From positions 21,154-85,153 of the forward strand of contig JAZNMZ010000009.1 in NCBI GenBank assembly GCA_045580005.1: 64,000 nucleotides of DNA. Reading direction: 5' to 3'. Positions 17,658 to 25,265 of this stretch are shown in pieces (the stretch's first letter is position 1; each line of letters begins with the position of its first letter). A program made the translations under genes and the position numbers. A model generated the notes under the pieces. The model was not told the origin of the DNA. It was given only the letters and a program-made list of their open reading frames with translations, and searched no databases. The DNA is from Eubacteriales bacterium (GTDB lineage: Bacteria > Bacillota > Clostridia > Oscillospirales > CAG-382).

Positions 17658-18461
17658 ATGGCATCAGAATACGCAATTAAAGTGCAGATGTGTGAAATCG
17701 GCAAGAGAATTTACGACAGAGGCATGGTTGCTTCTAACGACGGTAACATTTCTGTTAAGGTGGGCGCAGATGAATATCTTTGCACACCCACAGGTGTATC
17801 AAAGGGCTTTATGACACCCGAGTACATCTGTAAAGTAAACGGCAGAGGCGAAGTTCTTGAGGCTTATGAAGGCTTCAAACCCTCCTCAGAAATTAAAATG
17901 CATCTTCGTGTTTACAAGGAAAGACCTGATGTAAACTCTGTTGTTCATGCACACCCTATGTATGCAACAGGCTTTGCTATCGCAGGTATTCCGCTTACAG
18001 CACAGATCATGCCAGAAGCTGTTATCGCTCTCGGATGTGTTCCGATTGCTGAATACGGCACACCCTCAACTGAAGAGATTCCCGACGCAGTTTCTAAGTA
18101 TCTGCAGCACTATGACGCAGTTCTTCTTGAAAATCACGGAGCTCTCGCTTTCTCTGATTCACTTCTCAACGCATATCACAAGATGGAATCAGTTGAATTC
18201 TACGCACAGCTTATGTTCATCTCAACACTTCTCGGTGGTCCCAAGGAACTGTCACCCGAACAGGTTCAGAGACTTTACGAAATCCGCCGTCAGTTTGGTA
18301 TGAAGGGTAAGCACCCCGCTGACCTCTGTCCCAACCTCGCAGCAGGCAAGCCTGCTTGTCCTAATTGCACAGGCGACTGCGGCAGCCACACAGCAACATC
18401 AAGCGACGCCGATGTTATTTCCGAGATTACAAAGAGAGTACTTGCACAGCTCGGCAAATAA
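17658..18461 (+). CDS. class II aldolase (L-fuculose/L-rhamnulose-1-phosphate aldolase type) with C-terminal extension
   Basis: NDGNISV, SSEIKMH and VVHAHP zinc-ligand motifs. About 215-aa core plus a 53-aa tail ending in DADVISEITKRVLAQLGK. Confidence 0.85.
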   Translation: MASEYAIKVQMCEIGKRIYDRGMVASNDGNISVKVGADEYLCTPTGVSKGFMTPEYICKVNGRGEVLEAYEGFKPSSEIKMHLRVYKERPDVNSVVHAHPMYATGFAIAGIPLTAQIMPEAVIALGCVPIAEYGTPSTEEIPDAVSKYLQHYDAVLLENHGALAFSDSLLNAYHKMESVEFYAQLMFISTLLGGPKELSPEQVQRLYEIRRQFGMKGKHPADLCPNLAAGKPACPNCTGDCGSHTATSSDADVISEITKRVLAQLGK

Positions 18462-18477
18462 TTTTCGGTGACCATCT

Positions 18478-18984
18478 ATGGATAACGCTAAAATAAAAGG
18501 CATAGTAGATTCTATCTCATACGAACTGAAAAAGGAAAAGTCTACATACACGACAGACACAATTACTCTGCGTCTTGCAAAAAGGGTTGCAAAAAGAGTT
18601 GAACAAAGAGCAACTGAGCTTGGCGTCCACGCTGTTATTGCAATATGCTCGAATGCAGCAAGACCAGTTCTCGTACACTGTATGGATGACTCGTATATCG
18701 CGAGCTATGATATAGCTTTTAACAAGGCATATACATCCGCTTCGATAAAAATGTCTACAAAAGTACTCAAGGGACTGAGCCAGCCACACTCACCTCTTTA
18801 CGGCATTCAGAATACGAACGACGGAAAGATTGTGATTTTCGGCGGCGGTGAGCCCTTAGTACTTGGAGGCAAAATTATCGGTGCCCTCGGTGTCAGCGGT
18901 GGCAGCGAAGAGCAGGACACACTGCTTGCGGCATACGGAGCTTCGGTTCTCGAGGAAGAAGCTAAAGAATGCCTACAAATATAA
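18478..18984 (+). CDS. GlcG/HbpS-like DUF336 protein (PduO C-terminal domain-like)
   Basis: GGGEPLVLGGKIIGALGVSGGSEEQD signature, preceded by an extra N-terminal extension of about 25 aa. Confidence 0.8.
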   Translation: MDNAKIKGIVDSISYELKKEKSTYTTDTITLRLAKRVAKRVEQRATELGVHAVIAICSNAARPVLVHCMDDSYIASYDIAFNKAYTSASIKMSTKVLKGLSQPHSPLYGIQNTNDGKIVIFGGGEPLVLGGKIIGALGVSGGSEEQDTLLAAYGASVLEEEAKECLQI

Positions 18985-18998
18985 GATGGAGTAAAATA

Positions 18999-20222
18999 AT
19001 GGACTACAACAAGGAAAATATTGAAGAAATCGTGAAGCAGGTTCTTGCAGGCATGGTTGGCGAGGTGGCAACAGCTACCAGCGCTCCTGCCGCTCCCAGA
19101 AGAACTACTGGTGGAGCTGTTCCTTCAACAGCAAGAGTGGCTATGCTCACAGGCATCGAAAAGTTTGAGATCAAGACTTATCCTATGCCTGAAGTCGGCG
19201 ACGACGACATTCTTGTTAAGGTTGAGGGCTGCGGTATCTGCGGCACCGACGCTCACGAGTATAAGCGCGACCCGTTTGGCCTTATCCCTGTAGCACTCGG
19301 ACATGAGGGCACAGGCGAGATTGTCAAAATGGGCAAGAATGTAACAAAAGACAGTGCAGGAAAACCCCTCAAAGTCGGCGACAAGGTTGTAACCTGTATG
19401 ATATTTAAGGATAATCCAGATATCACAATGTTTGACCTTAACAAGCAGAATGTAGGCGGTGCTGATGTATACGGTCTTTTGCCTGATGACGATGTTCATC
19501 TCAACGGTTGGTTTGCCGATTACATCATTGTAAGAAAAGGCTCTACTATATTCAATGTAAGCGATCTTGACCTCGACTCAAGAATTCTTATCGAGCCCTG
19601 CGCAGTTCTTATCCACGCTGTAGAGCGTGCGAAGACAACTGGTATACTCCGCTTTAACAGCAGAGTAGTTGTACAGGGCTGCGGACCTATCGGTCTTATT
19701 TGTATCGCTGTACTTCGTACAATGGGTATCGAAAACATTGTTGCTGTTGACGGCAATGCCAAAAGACTCCAGTTTGCAAAGAGAATGGGTGCTGACCACA
19801 CAGTGAACTTTACAGAGCATAAGGGCATTGAAGCTCTTACAGATGCTGTAAAGGATGCTTTTGGCGGCTATCTTGCTGACTTTGCGTTTCAGTGTACAGG
19901 AAGCCCTGTAGCTCACGCAAACATCTATAAGTTTATCCGCAATGGCGGAGGTCTTTGCGAACTTGGCTTCTTTATCAACGGCGGCGACGCTACAATTAAC
20001 CCTCACTTTGACATCTGCTCAAAGGAAATCACAACTGTCGGCTCATGGGTATACACACTTCGTGACTACGCAACAACATTTGATTTTCTAAAAAGAGCAA
20101 TCGCTATCGGTCTTCCTATCAAAGAGCTTATCACACATAAGTATCCGCTTGACAAAATTAATGACGCGTTTATTACAAATGTCAAGATGGAAGGTCTTAA
20201 GATAGCTATAGTCAATAAATAA
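18999..20222 (+). CDS. Zn-dependent medium-chain (MDR) alcohol dehydrogenase with N-terminal encapsulation-peptide-like extension
   Basis: EGCGICGTDAHE and GHEGTGEIV zinc motifs, and the Rossmann motif VVQGCGPIGL. ATG at 18999 with GGAG upstream. The N-terminal 50 aa are a helix plus an Ala/Pro/Thr linker. Confidence 0.8.
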   Translation: MDYNKENIEEIVKQVLAGMVGEVATATSAPAAPRRTTGGAVPSTARVAMLTGIEKFEIKTYPMPEVGDDDILVKVEGCGICGTDAHEYKRDPFGLIPVALGHEGTGEIVKMGKNVTKDSAGKPLKVGDKVVTCMIFKDNPDITMFDLNKQNVGGADVYGLLPDDDVHLNGWFADYIIVRKGSTIFNVSDLDLDSRILIEPCAVLIHAVERAKTTGILRFNSRVVVQGCGPIGLICIAVLRTMGIENIVAVDGNAKRLQFAKRMGADHTVNFTEHKGIEALTDAVKDAFGGYLADFAFQCTGSPVAHANIYKFIRNGGGLCELGFFINGGDATINPHFDICSKEITTVGSWVYTLRDYATTFDFLKRAIAIGLPIKELITHKYPLDKINDAFITNVKMEGLKIAIVNK

Positions 20223-20240
20223 TCAAAGGAGTAAATGCTA

Positions 20241-20555
20241 ATGACAGAAGCAGTCGGCATTATCGAGGTTTACGGTCTTGTAGCAGCCTTTGTCGCTTGT
20301 GACGCAGGATGTAAAGCAGCGAATGTGAGAGCAGAAACCTTTGATAAAAACAAACCAAAAAAGCCTGACGAGCTCAAGGTGCCGCTTATTGTGGCTGTTA
20401 AGTTCAGAGGAAGTGTTGACGCGGTAACATCGGCTATAGATGCAGCCGAAGCTGCGGCAAACCAGGTATCAGGCGTAGTAACAAAACACATTATAGCCCG
20501 TCCCGAGAACGGCACCGAAAAGATGCTCAAGCTCTCAGGACTCGACAAAAAATAA
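20241..20555 (+). CDS. BMC-H shell protein, divergent (expanded pore loop)
   Basis: BMC domain AVGIIEVYGLVAAFVACDAGCKAANV...HIIARP. The canonical IGSG pore loop is replaced by FDKNKPKKPDELKVP. Confidence 0.75.
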   Translation: MTEAVGIIEVYGLVAAFVACDAGCKAANVRAETFDKNKPKKPDELKVPLIVAVKFRGSVDAVTSAIDAAEAAANQVSGVVTKHIIARPENGTEKMLKLSGLDKK

Positions 20556-20588
20556 TTTAAAACTTTTATTAAACGGAGGAAATTTAAA

Positions 20589-20864
20589 ATGGCACAGGAA
20601 GCATTAGGAATGGTAGAAACAAGAGGTCTTACAGCAGCTATCGAAGCAGCAGACTCTATGGTTAAGGCCGCAGAAGTAACACTTGTTGGAACAGAAAAGA
20701 TCGGTTCCGGACTCGTAAGCGTTATGGTACGCGGTGATGTTGGCGCAGTTAAGGCGGCAGTTGAGGTTGGCGGCGAGGCAGCTTCCAGACTCGGAGAGCT
20801 TGTTGCTACACATGTAATCCCCAGACCTCACGCTGATGTTGAGAAGATTCTTCCCAAGTTCTAA
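20589..20864 (+). CDS. BMC-H shell protein, canonical PduA/PduJ type
   Basis: [25 protein letters not shown]...[22 protein letters not shown]...HVIPRPH. 91 aa. Confidence 0.92.
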   Translation: MAQEALGMVETRGLTAAIEAADSMVKAAEVTLVGTEKIGSGLVSVMVRGDVGAVKAAVEVGGEAASRLGELVATHVIPRPHADVEKILPKF

Positions 20865-20894
20865 TCTAAACCAGATACATAAAGGATGAAGAAT

Positions 20895-21200
20895 ATGAAA
20901 TCTCTAGGACTCGTCGAAGTTTCCGGAGTAGTTGCCGCAGTTGACGCGCTCGATATCATGTGCAAAAGCGCGAATGTATCTTTTGTTACATGGGAACGCA
21001 AGCTCGGTGGCAGACTTGTTACAATCATTGTAACCGGAAGCGTTTCAGATGTTACCGAAGCGATTGAATGTGTAAAGCAAAATGCGTCAGTCCCCCTCTG
21101 CGCGTATGCTGTTATTGCAAATCCGCACGAGGAAACAATCCGCATAGCTGAGCTTAGCGCATCAAGAATCAAAAAAGCAGCAGACGCTGCAAAAAATTAA
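20895..21200 (+). CDS. BMC-H shell protein, divergent (KLGGRLV pore, C-terminal helix)
   Basis: SLGLVEVSGVVAAVDALDIMCKSANV...VIANPH with a C-terminal tail IRIAELSASRIKKAADAAKN. ATG at 20895 preferred, with AAGGA 8 nt upstream. Confidence 0.75.
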   Translation: MKSLGLVEVSGVVAAVDALDIMCKSANVSFVTWERKLGGRLVTIIVTGSVSDVTEAIECVKQNASVPLCAYAVIANPHEETIRIAELSASRIKKAADAAKN

Positions 21201-21217
21201 CTTAAGAGGAAAATAAC

Positions 21218-21649
21218 ATGGCTGAAAAGATTGAAAAATCCGCACCCAAGAAAAAGACAGGCGCGGTAAAGAAAACAGCTACTGTATCCCCTGCTGCAAA
21301 ACCTGTTGCAGCAAAGACAGAAACAAAAACAACAAATAATACTAAAGATAGTCTAACGGAGGTAAAAGTTATGACACAGTTAGCATTAGGCATGATCGAA
21401 ACAAGAGGACTTGTTGCAGCAGTTGAAGCAGCAGATGCTATGCTCAAGGCAGCAAATGTAGAGCTTGTTGGAACTGAAAAGATCGGTTCCGGACTCGTGA
21501 GCGTAATGGTTCGCGGCGATGTTGGCGCAGTTAAGGCAGCAGTTGAAGCTGGTGCTTCTTCTGCAGAGCGTCTCGGCGAAGTTATTGCAACTCATGTAAT
21601 CCCCAGACCTCATGCAGATGTTGAAAAGATTCTTCCCGCCCTTAAATAA
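21218..21649 (+). CDS. BMC-H shell protein, PduA/PduJ type, with a 51-aa Lys/Ala/Thr-rich N-terminal extension (alternative internal start at 21371)
   Basis: The C-terminal 92 aa are a close paralog of 20589..20864. Both the ATG at 21218 (AGAGGA upstream) and the in-frame ATG at 21371 (GGAGG 8 nt upstream) have good RBSs. Confidence 0.8.
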   Translation: MAEKIEKSAPKKKTGAVKKTATVSPAAKPVAAKTETKTTNNTKDSLTEVKVMTQLALGMIETRGLVAAVEAADAMLKAANVELVGTEKIGSGLVSVMVRGDVGAVKAAVEAGASSAERLGEVIATHVIPRPHADVEKILPALK

Positions 21650-21709
21650 GGCGACCCTTAAATAAGAGCAATCTTATACAATAATACGAATCTTTTTAAC
21701 CTCGGTTGT

Positions 21710-21736
21710 CCTGCGAAGACCTCGCGTCTTCGCAGG
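21710..21736 (+). other. GC-rich intra-operon stem-loop (no T-run)
   Basis: CCTGCGAAGAC-CTCGC-GTCTTCGCAGG, a perfect 11-bp stem in the 164-bp gap between the shell BMC-H genes and the BMC-P gene. Confidence 0.5.
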
Positions 21737-21813
21737 GGACTCCCGAACACCTGCCGAAAAATCGGCAAAATACCAAACAGATATCTAATTGATATCGGAT
21801 TAAAGGTGAAAAT

Positions 21814-22080
21814 ATGATTATTGGAAAAATCGTCGGAAATGTAGTTTCTACAAAAAAGAACGAAAACCTAACTGGTGGAAAGTTCCTTGTTGTGGAAGTA
21901 TATTCTTCTATGGCGAACGATAAAAGAAAAATGGTGGCAGTTGACAATGTCGGAGCCGGAATGGGCGACATTGTGTTGGTAGCACAGGGCAGTGCCGCAC
22001 GACTTGCTTGTCAGGATGAAAAGCTTCCTATTGACGCAGCGGTTGTCGGTATTGTAGATACAGCCACCGGACTGGAGTAA
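21814..22080 (+). CDS. BMC-P pentameric vertex protein (EutN/PduN/CcmL family)
   Basis: MIIGKIVGNVVSTKK...GKFLVVE...AVDNVGAG.GD.VLV. 88 aa. Confidence 0.9.
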   Translation: MIIGKIVGNVVSTKKNENLTGGKFLVVEVYSSMANDKRKMVAVDNVGAGMGDIVLVAQGSAARLACQDEKLPIDAAVVGIVDTATGLE

Positions 22081-22089
22081 TATAAAGTT

Positions 22090-23418
22090 ATGGTATTAAC
22101 AGAACTTGTTGAAACAATGAAGAAAAGCGGTGTCGCCGGAGCAGGCGGAGCCGGATTTCCTTCCTATGCAAAGCTCGACAAACGAGCTGACACCATAATC
22201 CTTAACTGTGCAGAGTGTGAACCGCTCCTCAAGCTCCATAGACAGGTACTCGAGAAATACGCTTACGAAATTTTAAGCACACTTACAACTATTGCTGACG
22301 CTGTAGAGGCAGACAGTGTTATTATCGCTGTTAAGTCCTCCTACAAGGGAGCTGTTGAGGCTGTTAAAAATAACCTCAGCAAATTTCCCAAGGTATCTAT
22401 CGGACTTCTTCCCGAAATTTACCCTGCAGGAGACGAAGTTGTAACAATCTATGAAACAACAAAGAGAGTTGTCGCTCCCGGTGCACTTCCTATCACTGTC
22501 GGAGTTACAGTTTTCAATGTTGAAACAATTCTCAATGTTTATAATGCAATCAATTCTGACTCCCCTGTTACTACAAAGTATATCACAATAGCAGGTGAAG
22601 TAAAGAATCCGATTACACTCAAAGCGCCTCTCGGTATTACATATGCAGAGCTTATAGAAATGGCAGGCGGAGCAACAGTTTCCGATTATAAGCTGATCGG
22701 CGGCGGTCCTATGACAGGTCGTATTGTTTCTCCTACTGATGTAGTAACAAAGACATCAAACGCTATTCTTGTTCTCCCCTCAAATCATTCCTTGATACTC
22801 AAAAAAACATCAAAGATTCAGATTGACATGAAGAGAGCTAAAGCGGCTTGCTGCCAGTGCAGAATGTGTACTGATTTGTGCTCAAGAAACCTGCTTGGTC
22901 ATCCTATTGAGCCACACGCGTTTATGCGTTCGGTTACAACAGGAAACACACAGGATGTTGCGCCCTTTATCAACACTATGTTCTGCTCACAGTGTGGACT
23001 TTGCGAGCTTTATGCTTGTGGTCAAGGTCTCTCCCCCAGAACTCTTATAGGTGAATACAAGAACGGATTGCGCGCTGCAGGAGTAAAGCCTCCGGTTGAC
23101 GCAAAGTTTGACGAAGTTCATCCCAACAGAGAAATCAGAAGAGTTCCTATGGGCAGACTCACAGCGAGACTTGGACTTACAGCATACAACAAACCTGCTC
23201 CCCTTGTTGACGAAACAGTTAATGCAGGCAAGGTTAAGATTATGCTCTCTCAGAGCATAGGTGCTCCTGCGACCGCTATTGTCAAAAAAGGCGACAAGGT
23301 TTCAGTCGGTCAGGTTATAGGAGAGGCTGCCGAAGGCAAGCTTTCTATGCCTGTACACGCTTCAATCAACGGCAAGGTTGTTGACGCAAACGACAGATTC
23401 GTTGTAATCGAGGCATAA
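22090..23418 (+). CDS. PduS-like Fe-S flavoprotein (RnfC/51K-like NADH-binding, SLBB, 2x[4Fe-4S])
   Basis: GVAGAGGAGFPSYAKL, an SLBB-like segment, and Cys clusters CCQCRMCTDLC and CSQCGLCELYAC. Confidence 0.85.
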   Translation: MVLTELVETMKKSGVAGAGGAGFPSYAKLDKRADTIILNCAECEPLLKLHRQVLEKYAYEILSTLTTIADAVEADSVIIAVKSSYKGAVEAVKNNLSKFPKVSIGLLPEIYPAGDEVVTIYETTKRVVAPGALPITVGVTVFNVETILNVYNAINSDSPVTTKYITIAGEVKNPITLKAPLGITYAELIEMAGGATVSDYKLIGGGPMTGRIVSPTDVVTKTSNAILVLPSNHSLILKKTSKIQIDMKRAKAACCQCRMCTDLCSRNLLGHPIEPHAFMRSVTTGNTQDVAPFINTMFCSQCGLCELYACGQGLSPRTLIGEYKNGLRAAGVKPPVDAKFDEVHPNREIRRVPMGRLTARLGLTAYNKPAPLVDETVNAGKVKIMLSQSIGAPATAIVKKGDKVSVGQVIGEAAEGKLSMPVHASINGKVVDANDRFVVIEA

Positions 23419-23483
23419 AGCAATTACATGGTTTTACCCCATAAAAACCCAGCCGAATAAAGATATATGGGGAGAAAGGATGT

Positions 23484-23509
23484 TTTTCATCAAAGATTTT
23501 TGATGAAAA
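23484..23509 (+). other. AT-rich hairpin in the pduS-pduT intergenic gap
   Basis: TTTTCATCAAA-GATT-TTTGATGAAAA, a perfect 11-bp stem. Confidence 0.35.
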
Positions 23510-23525
23510 CTCACGGTTATTATCA

Positions 23526-24074
23526 ATGAGTAAAGCAATCGGAATGGTTGAACTTCAGACAGTGTCCGCAGGCATTACCAGCGCGGATCTGATGCTTAAG
23601 ACCGCAGAGGTCGAAGTGATTGAAAGTCAGCCTGTATGTCCGGGAAAATACATAGTTCTTATCAGTGGCGATCTCAGCGCTGTTAAGGCGGCTGTGGACT
23701 CAGCTAAGGCAAAGGTCGGAGCGAAGCTTGTAGGAAGCTTTGTTCTCGGCAATCCTCATGAGTCTATTTTCCCTGCTCTTTATGGCGCAACTCAGGTAGA
23801 AGATGTAAAAGCTCTCGGTGTTCTTGAAACATTCTCGGCAGCTGATATTATCACTGCAGCTGACGCAGCAGCAAAGACATCTTTGGTTGACCTTATCGAG
23901 CTTCGTGTCGCCAGAGGTTTGGGCGGCAAATCCTATATGCTTATCACGGGCGATGTAGCAGCGGTTACAGCAGCTATCGAAAAGGCGCAGACAGAAGTGT
24001 CCGAAAACGGTATGCTTCTTGACAGCTCAATTATTGCAAATCCTGATAAGCGCCTTTGGGAAAATATCCTTTAA
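23526..24074 (+). CDS. BMC-T tandem-domain shell protein, PduT type
   Basis: Two BMC domains in 182 aa. PVCPGKY places a Cys at the position of the PduT pore [4Fe-4S] ligand. Confidence 0.85.
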   Translation: MSKAIGMVELQTVSAGITSADLMLKTAEVEVIESQPVCPGKYIVLISGDLSAVKAAVDSAKAKVGAKLVGSFVLGNPHESIFPALYGATQVEDVKALGVLETFSAADIITAADAAAKTSLVDLIELRVARGLGGKSYMLITGDVAAVTAAIEKAQTEVSENGMLLDSSIIANPDKRLWENIL

Positions 24075-24092
24075 TTTCTGAAAGGAATAAAA

Positions 24093-25235
24093 ATGAACAC
24101 ATTCAGACTATCTACTCAGGTCTGTTTTGACGAGAATGCACTCGATATTCTTTCTCAATACAAGAACTTGAATGCCGTTATTTTTACAGACGCCTTTATG
24201 GTAAAGTCAGGTGCTGCTGATAGAATAGCAAAGAAGCTTTCTGGCTGCTCAAGTGTAAAAATTTTTGGTGAAGTTATGCCTGACCCACCTATCGAGCTTG
24301 TAGTCAAGGGACTCAGATTTCTCCTTGATGCAAATGCTGATATCATAGTAGCTCTCGGAGGCGGCTCATCAATTGATGCTGCCAAAGCGGTACTTCTAAT
24401 GGCAAAAAGTTCAGGTAAAAAGCAGAATATCAAACTTGTGGCAATACCGACAACAAGCGGTACAGGCTCTGAGGTTACTCAGTTCTCTGTTATTACAGAT
24501 AAGCAGGCAGGTGTCAAGTATCCTCTTGTACATGAGGCTTTACAGCCGGATGTTGCGATTCTTGACGCAGAGCTTGTGCGCACCGCTCCCCCGTCGGTAA
24601 CTGCAGATACAGGATTTGATGTTATCACACACGCTCTTGAGGCATATATTTCTACAAAAGCAAACGAATTCTCTGACGCTCTTGCGGAAAAAGCTCTTGA
24701 GCTTGCCTTTGAATATCTGCCGCAGGCATACAAGGACGGCAATGATCTTGTTGCAAGAGAAAAAATGCATAAAGCCTCTTGCCTTGCAGGAATGGCATTT
24801 AACACCGTAAGTCTTGGGGTCAATCACGGTATTGCTCACGCGCTCGGTGCGAAGTTCCATATTCCTCACGGAAGAGCAAATGCAATGCTCCTGCCGCATG
24901 TTATGAAGTTCAACGCTGACCTGTCAAACAACTTTGACACAGCTGAATACACTGTAACTGCAAAGAAGCTGGCTAAAATAGCAAAAATCATTGGACTCAA
25001 TGCAACAAACACGCATTTTGCTGTCGTATCTCTTATAAAGCATATTCAGAGCTTGGAAAAAATATCAGGCATTCCCTCTACCCTTGCCGAAGCAAAGGTA
25101 TCAAAAGAGGATTATCTCGCTCAAAAGGATTCTATTATTAACAGTGCCCTTAACGATGCATGTACCGCGACCAATCCTCGCGAGATGACAGCACAGGGTG
25201 TTGAAAGTATCTTAAATTGTATTGCAACTTATTAA
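24093..25235 (+). CDS. iron-containing alcohol dehydrogenase (FucO/PduQ/EutG family)
   Basis: GGGSSIDAAK, PTTSGTGSEVT, TGFDVITHALEAY and HGIAHALG...HG metal-ligand histidines. 380 aa. Confidence 0.85.
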   Translation: MNTFRLSTQVCFDENALDILSQYKNLNAVIFTDAFMVKSGAADRIAKKLSGCSSVKIFGEVMPDPPIELVVKGLRFLLDANADIIVALGGGSSIDAAKAVLLMAKSSGKKQNIKLVAIPTTSGTGSEVTQFSVITDKQAGVKYPLVHEALQPDVAILDAELVRTAPPSVTADTGFDVITHALEAYISTKANEFSDALAEKALELAFEYLPQAYKDGNDLVAREKMHKASCLAGMAFNTVSLGVNHGIAHALGAKFHIPHGRANAMLLPHVMKFNADLSNNFDTAEYTVTAKKLAKIAKIIGLNATNTHFAVVSLIKHIQSLEKISGIPSTLAEAKVSKEDYLAQKDSIINSALNDACTATNPREMTAQGVESILNCIATY

Positions 25236-25265
25236 TACAGTTTTAGAATTAACCTGTCAAAAAAT

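Noticed and set aside
20589-21649. Repeated nucleotide blocks between 20589..20864 and 21371..21649, considered as a possible mobile or repeat element
   Set aside because: The identity is confined to the two coding sequences and is in frame. This is tandem shell-gene paralogy, possibly with gene conversion, not a repeat element.
21696-21971. 91-aa minus-strand ORF spanning the intergenic hairpin and the BMC-P gene
   Set aside because: It is antisense to a clear EutN/PduN gene and runs through a structured non-coding gap. No RBS.
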